DNA of 64,000 bases from Octopus vulgaris (GCA_951406725.2 OX597820.1:83266001-83330000); one strand, 5' to 3'; positions 26,850-40,070 are shown, numbered from the stretch's first letter. The notes: generated by a model not told the origin, from the letters alone. Numbers and translations are program-made.

Positions 26850-27960
26850 ACATTTAATTCCTCGCTGCGCTTTCATGTCTTTGACATATATTATTTTCGA
26901 ATATCGCCTATTGGTATGTTAACTGTTTAGGAAAACGAAGTGCGCTAGCATATGTTTATCTGAATGTGTGCATAGTTCATATAATGTTTCCCTCACATTT
27001 TGCTAGCAATATTCATGAACTACATCCATAAGAAATGGAGTCAGCTCTAAACTGAAACTAGCCAAACATGCCACGATGGTGCAGATCTAAGTATTCAGAA
27101 ACAATATAATCCAGGTTTGATTCGGAACAACTGTCAATATAGATAGTACTTTTTCTTTTCTAATTTTTTAAAGATTATATTTCCATATTATTACTTGATT
27201 CCAAGTAGTGTAAATCTTCATCGTTGAAATATTCCACTTGTCAGCTATATACTTTTTTGTGTTTTCCAACATATGTACGAGAATAATTGTTTATAATTTA
27301 TATACTACAACTAATGCAATAGAGAGCCTCAGCAGTTTGAAGTTTCGTGATCTGTGATTGTGAATAAATACTTAAAAGATATTTCGGTCTAGAATATTTT
27401 ATGCGTTTTCTAAAGTAATAGTATGCATAAGCAAAATGATAACTGTGAAAAAAATTAGATTCCAAAATCTTAGCAAAATCAAACCCAGGCTCTGGTATTA
27501 AGCAATCAGTAAATTGGTAGCATTATTCCTATTAAAGAGGTAATGAGATATATTGATTATCTGCAAGGGGGGAATATTTCAATCATGCTATTTTATGTTT
27601 ATCAGATATGTGGGGATCCTGAAAAAGTCTGCTGAATGTATTGAACTACGGGACTTCATATTCTTGCCGGATGGAATTTTGAGTCATCTTTCAGATAGTT
27701 TTGAGATAAATGCCTACACAAAGCTTGTTTCCTGTTGAGGAATTTATGTTCGTATGTTTCAGCTCGGATTGCTAGTAATGATTTCAGTTTTAGTCTATAT
27801 CTGAGTAATAGGTTTTAGCGATCAGGCAGAATGGATTTGCCGCACTGTTATAAAATGTCGAAGACACAAGAAATTATACGCAGATTGGTCAGGTTTCTTC
27901 GTATATAAAATGGTGATGTAGAAACTGCTTCTTCATAGTTCAAAATGCCTGAAACTAAGA
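26850..27960 (-). pseudogene. Probable RTE LINE remnant
   Basis: Faint minus-strand traces (RLKPI, AGKI-like region); heavily decayed. Confidence 0.25.
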
Positions 27961-28202
27961 AGGTGGTAGATAGTGAGATCTGCTCAATCATATGCATGTG
28001 TGTTCAGGTGTATGTATGTAACAGAGAGAGGTGGAAGGAGAAAGGAATTGTGAGACAAAGTATTGAATAATTAAGAGAAATGGCAGGTTAGAAGAATTCT
28101 TTGGTTAAATAATATATGAATAAGGTAGAACACCAATATGTGGAAGTAGTAATAGATTGCGCCGAATAAATAAATACTGACAAATGAAGCATACGTATTA
28201 GT

Positions 28203-28397
28203 TTCAAAATTTGAACACAAGGTCAGCTATTTCGGAGGAAGGGTGAAGTCGACTCCATGGTCCTCATTGCTCAACCGGTACCTATGTTATCGACCGCAAA
28301 AAGATGAAAGGCAAAGTCGACCTCGACTTAAACACGGACGAAGTGCCGCTAAGCATTTCAGCCTGGCGTGCTAACGATTCTGCCAGCTCGCCAACCT
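28203..28397 (-). mobile_element. Meta-domain SINE
   Basis: atcgaccgcaaaagatgaaaggcaaagtcgacctcg..gctaacgattctgccagctcgcc. Confidence 0.85.
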
Positions 28398-28772
28398 AAA
28401 TAACCTATTAATATTAATGTGTCTCTTTTGATTAATGGGTACAAGCTCACTGGTAATTCTTTTGTTCTGCCTCCATCTTTGAAAGTGGTGACTGACTAAG
28501 GAAGATGTTTAATTGCGAAAATAACCTGCATAATTTTCCTTCCAAGTGTTTCAGCATTTTATTGCTAAGTAACGGAGGATTGACTATGTGATGCAGCTTC
28601 AGAATGTTGCTGGAATCTATTTTTTTTAACACCGGAAAAGAAGATGAATTGGGGTGCGCGGAGTGATTGGAACAGAAATATAAATGAAATAAAGCAAGCA
28701 GTCCGTCGATATTTTACTTATGATTTTGCAACATCTTTTACACAATAAAAGCATAGAAGGTCGTAATATCTG

Positions 28773-28947
28773 TTTCAAATTTTGGAACAAGGCTAGCAAT
28801 TTCGAACACATCGACGTTGGTGCTCAATTGAAAGCATGAAAAACAAAGTTTACCTCAGCGGAAATTGAACTCGGAATTTAAAGACAGATGAAATGCAGCT
28901 AAGCATTTTGCCTGGCATGCAAATATTTCTGTCAGCTTAGTACCTTA
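28773..28947 (-). mobile_element. Meta-domain SINE, diverged
   Basis: tttcaaattttggaacaaggctagcaattt..gaaagcatgaaaaacaaagtttacctc..ctaagcattttgcc. Confidence 0.75.
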
Positions 28948-28964
28948 GCAATTTATATTGTTGG

Positions 28965-29172
28965 TTTCAAATTTTCGCACAAAGGCAGCAATTCCGAGGT
29001 AAGGGTTAATTCGATTACATCCATCCAAGTGCTCAAATCGTAGTTCTTTGATCGACCTGGAAATGAGGCAAAGTCGACCTCGACGGAATTTTATCTTAGA
29101 AGGTAAAGGCGGGTGAAAGGCCACTAAGCTGTTCCTCTGCCGTGTTAACGATTCTGTCAGCTTGTTAACTTA
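28965..29172 (-). mobile_element. Meta-domain SINE, diverged
   Basis: tttcaaattttcgcacaaaggcagcaatt..ggcaaagtcgacctcgacggaattt..taacgattctgtcagc. Confidence 0.75.
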
Positions 29173-31217
29173 GCGATTCATAATATTGAAATCTAAAAGA
29201 TACCCAAACCTTGAGTCATTGAGAGAAGAGACTGATTGCATGAGTAGTAGAGATTACTTTGGACCCCGAGTGTACATTTGGCTCTGCTGGTGTTAGAGCA
29301 CAGAATCAAAAGGGACACTCAGTATAATTTGATACATAATCTATACAGAACGCTACCTTAACTTTTCTGGCTAAGTTGGATGAGAGAGAAAGAAAGAGAG
29401 AGAGAGAGAGGTAGGGAGAGAGAGAAAGAGAGAGTGAAAGAAAGAGAGAAAGAGAAAGAATAGGAGAGAAGCAAAGGCACCAATCGCACTAAGAAGCATC
29501 ATTAAACTACACAAATAGGTGAATGGATAATTACAAAGAACTAGAACGAATACTACAAGGCAGCTAGCCTGATATTCTAACAGTAGTATGGGCAGTGATT
29601 AGTACGAATAGACGGGAATTTACCATTGCATTGGAGACAAATAAGGATGCTTTCAATAGCAATGTCTTGTGCGGGTTTTAAGTTGAATATGTTGATTCAG
29701 TTTCTTGACCAGCAATTATTTTATCGATGTAAGAATGTTGAAAAGGAAAGTGAACCCTGATAGTTTATGAATTAATACAACGAGAGTTTCTTTAGTACGG
29801 CTGCTTCATTTGCCTCTCCGAATATTTTCAATAACACAGCGCAATTGGGGAAGCTTTATATACTTAGTAAGAGATAAGAATTGATTTTATAGCTCTCTGT
29901 AACTTTCAATTGCTTTAGTATTGATATTTTCAGGTTAATACTTATATTCTTATCCGTTTTTGAAGTGCGCTTCAGGCATAATTTCAATATATTTTTATCA
30001 GATATACATCTAATAAATATAAAATTGCATGTGTTTTCTCAAATGTACATAGTTCAATAGATGGTTTCCAGTGATTACATAACATACCTTGGACATAGGC
30101 TCTCAATACAACTATCTTCCTATTAATTTCCATCTATTGTTCATCTTCCATGGCAGTGCTACCATAGCAAGGCGGCGATAAACAGTGTAACCGACAGGAT
30201 CATCCTGTTTTTCTACGGGGATTTTATTTATGTAAGAATACATTTAAGTAGATCTCGAATGAATTGACGAAGATTTGCATGTTGTTGTTAGAAAGTAAAA
30301 ACTACTCTCCATTTTTTATCAGTATTTCAAAGGTTTTACGTATATATTGTTATTTGTTGTTTCAATCACATTAGCTCTTATCAGACACAGCAATGATTTA
30401 AAACATTCAAACATTCAATATTCCTTTCTTTTTTTCCCAATTATAATTTATAATTTATTATAATATTTAATATGCTCCTTCGTTTCAATGAATGATTTAC
30501 ATGGTTTAGAGGAAATTTGGTCACTATTTCTTGCAGATGGCACTTTGCATTTTTATATTATTTTCATTTAACACGTAATGCTCATGACAACGCATGCTGT
30601 CCTCCGATTGCTGTCTTTGTACCTATTCTTACTGTTTGGCGGTCTCTCTCTCTCGCTCTCTCTCTTGTCTCTGTCTTTTTTTTCTCTCTCTCTCTTGCCT
30701 CTCTCTTTCTCTATTTCGGCTCTCTCTCTCTCTATCTACCTCCCCCCTCTCTCTCTCAGTTGTAGTTTCAGTAACAGATCATATCAGCACGATGTTTTGG
30801 GTGAGTCCTTTGGTTGATGATATAAACATATGCAAGATACAACTGATCTCTTGCCTTTCCTCAGAGAAACTAATTTTACTGAAACAGCCTCAATTCCCGT
30901 TTTAATTTATATTTCATTTGGGCAGAACCACAATCACGCAGGTTTTTCCCGCTTCTGTATATAATATTTCTAATGGTACAGTTGGTTGTATGACAAACAT
31001 AAGGGCATATGGTATTTAGCTACACGATCACGGTTTCTTAGTATTCATATAATCGGAACTGTTTTTACTCAGCCATGTGAAGGGTGAAGAATCGATACTG
31101 GTTTACTACTACCAACTAAATATAGTATTCCATTGATTTTCATGAGAAGCTACGTGTTTAGAATGCATGCACATTATTCTGTTGTGTGTACACAAATACA
31201 CACACACGCACACGCAC

Positions 31218-31263
<46 letters not shown>

Positions 31264-31429
31264 TGCATACATACATAAATACATACATACATACAGGAAA
31301 ACGGGGATTATAAATCTAGGCGGATACGTTCGCCAAAATCGGCATTTTTTCGTCAACCTTGGAAACTTCTGAAATACTTGTACACTTGTGTACGGCTCAT
31401 ACACTCCTCTCCATATTCTTTCTGCAACT

Positions 31430-31760
31430 TTGTGTAGGCCTCTGAGCAGATATCGCCATGAAAAGTTTATCCTTCCAAGAACTGCTGTAAAGACCTAAAG
31501 TGAGCTAGAACGTTAAAACTTGCGCATGTACAACATAGGTGAGGGTCAATCTCTCCCAAACGGCTTTACTCTGCATGCTTTAGCTTCGTTATTATGGCAA
31601 CAATCCGGATACTTATTGATCATACCTCGTACAGTAGAAAAACCAAAAGAATGGAGAATTAGATATTTAATCAGCAAACGCAAGTTACGGATAGATTGGC
31701 AAATTCCAAAATGTTGTGGTGCAGGAAACAGGCTTATTAATCAATCCCATATTTGATCGA
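31430..31760 (+). pseudogene. Possible PIF/Harbinger transposase remnant
   Basis: PRTVEKPKEW...WQIPKCCGA resembles the Harbinger P..EEW..W.FP.C.GAIDG block; DDE core not seen. Confidence 0.35.
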
Positions 31761-33027
31761 CCGGGATTCTACGGTGATAGAGGCATTTAACATCATCCTC
31801 TCATTATCAAATCTGCTTGGTATAGAGAATATTTACGGGTCATAGATAGTAGTAAAACTTACAATATTGAACCAGTGTATCAAGATATTTCAATTGGCCT
31901 ACTAACATATCGTATTTATCAGAACATGACAGACTATCAAAATTCCTCCCACTTTTAAACTATTATTGACCAAGTGAAATGCATAGTGTTGATATGTAGA
32001 ACCATGATATTCAGTTGATATATTATTAAGTCACTAAAGATTTGTTATTTGATCAATATCATTTATTGTAAATGTAAACTCCGAGTAGACTGGGTTAATG
32101 AGAATTGTACAGGAAAATAACCAATGTATTATTGACTTAGAAATATATTCTGTTTCCAAAAATCTGTTTTTTCTTGAAGGTGTAAATATTTATAACTTAA
32201 AATAACTGCAAAATTATTAATATGCACTACGATAAATTGAGATATGACCATAACGTTACAAAATTAAATGGAAAAAAGAATTAAAGAATAATTTTTAAAA
32301 TAATTAACAAATAAGGAAACTATCATATTACAAAATTTTAAAAGTTAAAACAATGATATTGATAATGACAATAGCAATAGTATCAACATCTACAAAAACA
32401 ATAATAATAATTTAACATAACTAAATTAATTAGATAAAATATATATATTAGTGTATCTATTAAGCCATCCTATTTACGTTAAATATATTAAGCATAGTGG
32501 TGTGTAATACATAGACTCTTAGCATATTATATAAGCGTACAAAGATCAGTACTCTACTCTTCGCACTAGATGTGTACTTCTTAACATTAATTCATTTTAT
32601 TTACTTAATAACGTAAATTTGGGTGTAAGGACATGCAGTGTCTCAATGAGGAATAAGTTGCAGATACATTTACTTCTGTAATGAAGTGTAATGCCCACAA
32701 TTATATATATGTACACACACATACATAAACACACACAAGTACATACACACACACACACACATATACACATGTATTTACAAATTTATACATATACACACAA
32801 ACACACACTCACGCATATACATATATTGTTACCTGTATGCATATATCAATATATTCCTGTGTGTTTCACTGTATCCATTCATTAGCATAGCATTTATCCA
32901 AACGCATCATTGGAATATATTCTTTCACTCTTATAAATAAAATATATATTTAGTATAGTCTGCCATCCAAAAGTGGCTTAACGCACACTGAACCTTTATA
33001 AATTTCGTTTCCATGTATTTAATAAAA

Positions 33028-33780
33028 TCGGGAGTGGTATCAAAAAGTTCCTGAACTACTTATTTTTAATAAAAATAACTTAATTACCTGTGTTTTAACA
33101 TCTCATTCGGAATAATCACCTTACGCAGCAATACACTGGTTTGAGCTGCATTTTCATTTTGAGGAAGACATAGAAGTACGCATATGCTGATAACATGTTT
33201 TTGGCGTGAAACTCATGCGTGAGGAGAGCTCGGTGACATAGTGCATTGTCATTGTGAAGAATTCAATTCTTGGCGCTCTACAGATCCGGTCCCTTTCGCT
33301 TAATGTCCTCCCTCAAGCGCCGCTGGAGAACTCTCGATTGACGTCTCACAATAGGGGAAGAATTCTGAATGCACAATACCATGGATGTCAAAAAGAAAAC
33401 ATGAACCTGCTCTTGATCGATCTGTGGCTTGGTCGTGCGCGTATGCCACTCGAAACATTGCGTACGACCCACTGCCTCGTCGTCGTATGCTTCCGAAGCA
33501 TGCTCAATGTCTCTGTAGTAAACTTCCCAAGTTTAACGCATAATTTCACGTTGGTTCTTTGTCCCAACTTGCTGTCCATGACAAAAATTGCAGACTAAAT
33601 GATACAAGTGATCACAAAAACACAAATTTCACAACTTGCGAAGTAAACATAGAGATGTCATTCGACACACTGCCTCATGAAAGTCATTGCCACCTGTCAC
33701 TGCGCATGCAAGCGTGTGCTGCCATCAGTTGGCTCGCTACAGAACTAGTGCGGGAAACTTCTGATATCATTACATGATTA
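33028..33780 (-). mobile_element. Internally deleted mariner transposon with diverged TIRs
   Basis: N-terminal QRTNVKLCVKLGKFTTETLSML; C-terminal CIAA*GDYSE; TIRs gtggtatcaaaaagttcctgaacta / tagtgcgggaaacttctgatatcat. Confidence 0.85.
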
Positions 33781-34176
33781 AAAGTGATATTTTTGTTAGT
33801 AGGACTCATCCATGTATGCACGTAGCTCTGGATCGGTAAATTTAATATTTTGTCTTAAGTTATTTATGCAGGTAAAAATATCACTCACGTTCCCTACTCA
33901 TCGATTCAGCCTAGTGTTGTTAGTCGTTATTATTTTTGGTATTTCCGAATCTATCCTGAAAATAAATCTTTTTTCAGTTTGAGGTATTGCTTGCACAACA
34001 ATATGCAATCATTACCGTTTTATATTGGAATTTTTAGTATAGTCGTCTTGTTTTGTACATTTCAGAAGATATGCTCATGTAGCAGCATTATTAGATAATC
34101 TTACACACTTCCTCCATAACATATAACGATATATTCATTGACGTATTTTCATATGTGCCACATAGTTTGGTTTTCA

Positions 34177-34350
<174 letters not shown>

Positions 34351-34589
34351 TATTCACTACACACACTTACCTCTATATGAATATACATTGTCTCTCTCTG
34401 ACATACACATATGTATGTATATTTACATACATGTGTGTAAATAAATATATATATATATATATATATATAGAATAGTAAAAAGTGAAAAAACTACAGAAGG
34501 CTTGTTTTAAAAGGTTAAAAAATATATATTTGAGTCATTATGTCAGAAGAATGTTATAAATTTTTTTCATAGAGTGACATAGTATTTCA

Positions 34590-34627
34590 AGAAATTACCG
34601 GTTTTGTGTTTAACTTTTCAAATTTCT
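34590..34627 (-). ncRNA. Mirror copy of the PLE hammerhead (GAAA mutated to AAAA)
   Basis: Minus strand agaaat-TTGAAAA-gttaaacac-AAAA-CCGG-TA-atttct. Confidence 0.5.
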
Positions 34628-35428
34628 CAAAATATTGTTATAATTTCGTTAAGAAGTGTAAAGTAGAGTTCCAGGTAAGGAGAGGTAATAAGTGATTTCT
34701 TCCGGTGTAAGGGAGATAATCGCTTTATATTTCTTGCCTTTTTTTATGGGGTGAGTTTCTCTGTATAAGAATGTTAGAGTGGTTAAGTTTGGGCTTATAT
34801 TTTTCAATGAAGAATATTTCCTTGTTTAGTCTAATTTGTGTTGGTGTTCCAATAGCACATTGGTAAAATGGAAGGATTAAAAATTGTGGTAGTAGTTGTT
34901 TTGCGCATTTCTCAATATGCTCACTAAAGGGTACCATTCTGTATTCTGGGAATGCAATCTGTTATAGTCTGAGTTATAGTCCCGTGGACCCCACGTAGTT
35001 TTGGTGGCAGCCCGAGCATCTTATGACATAAATTATGTTTTCAGAGGCACAAGTAAAATTAGATTCAATCTTGAATTTTTGTCACTCTTTGAAGAGGAAT
35101 TCTGATCCTTCTAGAAGGTTTGGGTATGTCACACAGTTTGGTCTACCACATTTTTTTACTTTTGCATCCGTAATTTCAGAAAGCAATTTTGCCTTTGTGA
35201 GAATCTTTTTAAGTGATTTAGGTTGTTTATAGCTTTTAAGGATTTTATGTATGTTTAGAATTTCCTTTAATTTGGGGTCCTTATGAAGTATTGGTAAATT
35301 CTGGGTGATGAAACAATCATGGTTTCATTTGATGTAGTTAATTCTGCAGCCACATTGAGAACTTTCCCTACCATACTATACACAAACAGGCAGTTAACTC
35401 AAATTTTAACACTACACAATGGAAGGAA

Positions 35429-37330
35429 ATGATAGAACTTCAAAATGATGAAGATATAACCATTAAGGAAGCAGACAAGGAAAGTGCAGTTGTAATAATG
35501 GATACATCATACTATAGAAATCTTGTAATTTCCTTGCTTGATGACAATCAACATTATGAAAAAATCACCAACTACACACCACAAAAAATAATGAAAACTC
35601 TATCTTCACTAATTAAAACCCATGAAAAGAGATTGACCTTCTAACAAACTTTAAATGCAAGCCTAGCCTCTTCTATGGTCTGCCAAAATTTCATAAAAGC
35701 CAAATTATAAATGAAACCATTAAAAATTCACCAAAGACATACATACACACATCTAACCCGGGGGACCTAAAAGTACGACCCATTGTAGCTGGCCCAACCT
35801 GTGAAACACACAGATTAAGTCCATTTATGGACATCCTCTTGAAATCCTTCCTTAAACATATCGATAGCCATATCAGAGATGACTTGGATATGTTAAACCA
35901 CCTTCCAAAAAAGCCAAGGAAGAAGCAATCATGGCTTCATTTGATGTAGTTAATTTATATACCAGTATACCTCATAATTATGGACTAGAGGCAATACAGT
36001 TCTGGATGGACCAATTTCTGGCAGAAATACCAAAAAGAATCAGTAAAGAATTCATTACTAAATCGGTTGAATTCATCCTACATAATATCCACTTCATGTT
36101 TGACAATACATTTTACCGTCAAAAATCCGGAATTGCTATGGGTACATGGGCAGTACCAGTCATTGCGAACCTAACAATGGGCTACCTGGAAATAATTATT
36201 TACCAGGAATCTTTATCAACCTTTGGAAGCCCGCTCTCTCAATACATAAAAGAGAATTTGAAACGATTCCTGGACGATTGTTTTATACTCTGGAATGAAA
36301 ACACAGATAAACTCCTAAAATTCAAAAACCTATTGAACAGCATCAACCCAAATATACAGTTCACAATGGAATACAACCAAAAGGGGCTCCCATTCTTAGA
36401 TATACTAATTAAAAAAATTAACCTTAAAATAGAAACAGATATATTTTACAAAGCCACAGACGCCAAACAATACCTACTTTTTGATTCATGCCACCCAAGA
36501 CACACTAAAACAAACACCCCTTTCAACCTTGCAAGAAGGATATGCACAATAGTGTCAGAACAAAATACCAGGAAATTTAGACTACAAGAACTCAAAAACA
36601 TCCTAATTGACAGAAACTACCCAGCTCAACTCATAGAGGATGGGATCAGACGTGCAACAGAAATCGACATAGAAACTTTGAGAAAAGTTCAACACAGCAA
36701 CACACCTTCCCCGAAAATACTGCCTTACATATCCACATACAACCCCAGAAACAAAGAAGCCATCACCATCATCACCCAGAATTTACCAATACTTCATAAG
36801 GACCCCAAATTAAAGGAAATTCTAAACATACATAAAATCATTAACAGCTACACACAACCTAAATCACTTAAAAAGATTCTCACAAAGGCAAAATTGTTTT
36901 TCTGAAATTACAGATGCAAAAGTAAAAAAATATGGTAGACCTAACTGTACAACATACCCAAACCTTCTAGAAGGATCAGAATTCCTCTTCAAAGAGGGAC
37001 AAAAATTCAAGATTAAATCTAATTTTACTTGTGCCTCTGAAAACATAATTTATGTCATAAGATGCTCGGGCTGCCACCAAAACTACGTGGGGTCGGGGGA
37101 CTATCACTCAGACGTAGATGTACACTGCATCGACAACAGATTGCATTCCCAGAATACAGAATGATACCCTTTAGTGAGCATATTGAGAAATGCGCAAAGC
37201 AACTACTACCACAATTTTTAATCTTTCCATTTTACCAATGTGCTATTGGAACACCAACACAAATTAGACTAAACAAGGAAATATTCTTCATTGAAAAATA
37301 TAAGCCCAAACTTAACCACTCTAACATTCT
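35429..37330 (+). pseudogene. PLE reverse transcriptase + Cys linker + GIY-YIG endonuclease, frameshifted
   Basis: IKEADK (DKG box), YGLPKFHK, RPIV, SFDVVNLYTSIP, GIAMGT, RFLDDC, LPFLD, (C/Y)GRPNC, NIIYVIRCSGCHQNYVGS motifs. Confidence 0.95.
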
Positions 37331-37469
37331 TATAAGAGAAACTCACCCCATTAAAAAAGGCAAGAAATATAAAGCGATTATCTCCCTTACACCGGAAGAA
37401 ATCACTTATTACCTCTCCTTACCTGGAACTCTACTTTACACTTCTTAATGAAATCATAACAATGTTTTG

Positions 37470-37507
37470 AGAAATTTGAAAAGTTAAACACGAAACCGGT
37501 AATTTCT
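37470..37507 (+). ncRNA. Minimal type I hammerhead ribozyme, U3/A8 core variant, in the PLE 3' region
   Basis: agaaat-TTGAAAA-gt taaac ac-GAAA-CCGG-TA^atttct: 6-bp stem I, palindromic stem III ACCGGT, GUA site. Confidence 0.7.
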
Positions 37508-37672
37508 TCAAATACTATGTCACTGTATGAAAAAAATTTATAACATTCTTCTGACATAATGACTTAAATATATATTTTTTTAACCTTTTAAAACAAGCCT
37601 TCTGTAGTTTTTTCACTTTTTACTATTTTCTATATATTCATCCACGTGGTTTCACACACCAACTTTCCCACC

Positions 37673-37703
<31 letters not shown>

Positions 37704-37914
37704 TATAGGATACAAATTTTTTCGTGAAAAAAATTTTATCACTGGCCAGCATATTAAAAAATGCCTTTAAAGGTTACATTTATACATAATTTACAAAATA
37801 AGGGCAGAAGAAAAATTCTAATGCCAAATATGCTGAAACAAAAAATTTCTTCTCGATAATCATTATAATTTATGCGTCTTGAAACAAACCGATAGAAATC
37901 TCTATAAAATTCGT

Positions 37915-37980
37915 TATTACCGTATTGGTCCAATTCCGGGGTTAATTCATAAGAAATTGTCCCCTCTTCAGCTGCAAATA
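37915..37980 (-). ncRNA. Mirror hammerhead copy with GGAA instead of GAAA
   Basis: Minus strand tatttgcag-CTGAAGA-GGGG-loop-CCCC-GGAA-TTGGACCAA-TA-cggtaata. Confidence 0.6.
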
Positions 37981-38480
37981 CGCGAGATATAAATGAAATA
38001 CTTACTCATACCCATGGAAAAAACAAGAACTAAGTCCTGAGCACACTTAAGTACCCCAAATATATACAAAATAGAAAAATCCCCGGCGCACCTCGAGACA
38101 CGTGTGATTCGAACTAGAAACTTTCACAGAGTGATAGAATCCGGAAGTGAACACTAATCTATTTATAATTAATATACGATAAACATTTTTTTGGGAAAAA
38201 AAAATTATCAATGTATAAATTTTACATTTAAAGGCATTTTTTAATATGCTGGTCATTGATAAAAATTTTTTCCCGAAAAAATTTTTATCTATTTATAAAT
38301 AGATTAGTGTTCACTTCCGGATTCTATCACTCTGTGAAAGTTTCTAGTTCGAATCACACGTGTCTCGAGGTGCGCCGAAGATTTTTCTATTTTGTATATA
38401 TTTGGGGTACTTAAGTGTGCTCAGGACTTAGTGCTTGCTTTTTCCATGGGTATGAGTAAGTATTTCATTTATATCTCGCG

Positions 38481-38546
38481 TATTTGCCGCTGAAGAGGGG
38501 AAAATTTCTTATGAATTAACTCCGAAATTGGACCAATACGGTAATA
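38481..38546 (+). ncRNA. Type I hammerhead ribozyme with complete core
   Basis: ttgccg-CTGAAGA(38490-96)-GGGG..CTCC-GAAA(38524-27); stem III ATTGG-a-CCAAT; site AUA^ after 38538; stem I partner cggtaa. Confidence 0.8.
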
Positions 38547-38655
38547 ATGAATTTTTTAGAGATTTCTTTCGGTTTGTTTCGAGACGCATAAGTTATAATG
38601 GTTATCGACAAACAATTTTTTGGTTCGGCATATTTGGCATTAGAATTTATCTTGT

Positions 38656-38725
<70 letters not shown>

Positions 38726-39179
38726 CACACGTATGTATGTAAATATACATATGATTATGCATATACATGCACATTTACATACATAGTCACATAAACAGAT
38801 ACTTAAATTAATACATAACAAACTAGCCAGAGAGAAAGATATGTAAATTTAATATAATTGCTGTAATTTTGGTATGCACAGCTCTACGAACCAAACTTTT
38901 TCCTATAGTATTTTATGGAATGGTGTAAAACGTGTATTTTATTACAATATTTAATATAGTCTTCCAGCCAATGGCAGTTTTCATCATTTCAGCATAATAT
39001 GTTGTAAAAGTTTCCTCTTTGTAGCACTTACCGATATAAATAAATACCAGTATACTTTTTCAAGGCAGTAGAGAAACAGATATGTTAGATATGGTTATTG
39101 ATACAAATAGTTACTTCTTTCCATGTTTTGTGTTCAAATACATCGGAAGTCATCAATTACTTAACTCAACTGCTGTTGG

Positions 39180-39361
39180 CTTCAAATTCTTTGCACGATG
39201 GCAGAAATAAAATTGACTACATCAACTGATATTTATTTTATCGCCTCCTAAGTGATGGAGGGCAAATTCGACCCCCAAAGGTATTTGAACACAGAATATA
39301 GAGGATAAAATGCTGCTAAGCATTTTCCTGTACGCTAAATATTCTGCAAGCTCACCGCTTC
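39180..39361 (-). mobile_element. Meta-domain SINE, old copy
   Basis: gatggagggcaaattcgacc..tttgaacacagaa..ctaagcatttt..ttctgcaagctcaccgc. Confidence 0.65.
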
Positions 39362-39857
39362 AACACGACTCATATTGAGATTAAATATATTAGCTTTTAT
39401 TCAACATCGGAAAATATATGAAGCAATGCCAGTTTACTTCATATGTGTTTTCTGCTTATGTTAATGTGAAAACGTTTAATTTAATACTTACCCTCTCCGT
39501 CTTAACTTGATATTTTCCAAGATTTTTGCCAAAAAGATATCGTGTAACATATTTTCAACTGGACAGTAAGGACTTCAGTCTCACTTTATCTGTGAAAGAC
39601 GATGAAAAATAAAAAAAAAATAAAATTCATGAGTTTATCTGATTGATCATACAACTCGCGTATTTTGTCTGACTGCCAAACACGTTCTGTGAGTTATTTT
39701 ATATTTATTAGACAAGAAACGTGAAAAACATTTGTAGCATACTCTGTTATTTAGTTCTTAAGACTCTTTTCTTGAGTACCGGTGGTCAGTCATAGTAAAT
39801 ATCACAATAAATAGCACGCAAACTGACCCAAATAGGTTGATTTAAAAGCCTTATGAA

Positions 39858-40070
39858 GGTGGTGAGATGACGGAATTGTTAACAGGCCGGGATATAACGC
39901 TTAGTGGAATTTCTTCCGGTTTCACTTTGTGAGTTCAAATTCCCTCGGAGCCAAATTTGCGGTACTTCATTTCACGGTCAATAAATCAAGTACAAGTTGA
40001 GCACTGGAGGTAGATGTACTCGAGTAACCCCTTCCCACTAAATTTTAGGAATTGTGTCGATAGTTGAAAG
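39858..40070 (+). mobile_element. Meta-domain SINE, old copy
   Basis: ggtggtgagatgacggaattgtt..gagttcaaattcc..ggtcaataaatcaagtacaagttgagcactgg. Confidence 0.65.

Larger units (their letters stand above)
34464..37672 (+). mobile_element. Penelope-like retroelement (Neptune-type) with inverted pseudo-LTRs, in (TA)n
   Basis: 34464-35310 is the reverse complement of 36770-37636; RT and GIY-YIG coding sequence between and within the arms; (TA)n on both flanks. Confidence 0.95.
37696..38662. mobile_element. Non-coding retrozyme-like / pLTR-only element: ~469-bp unit, partial tandem plus inverted copy
   Basis: Unit start repeats at 37696 and 38165; arms 37786-38166 / 38294-38662 and 37709-37787 / 38211-38289 are inverted; flanked by (TA)n; contains a hammerhead. 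Confidence 0.8.

Noticed and set aside
28447-28632. Minus-strand open frame ending at a GTGAGC donor-like site
   Set aside because: No good acceptor and no recognisable protein similarity
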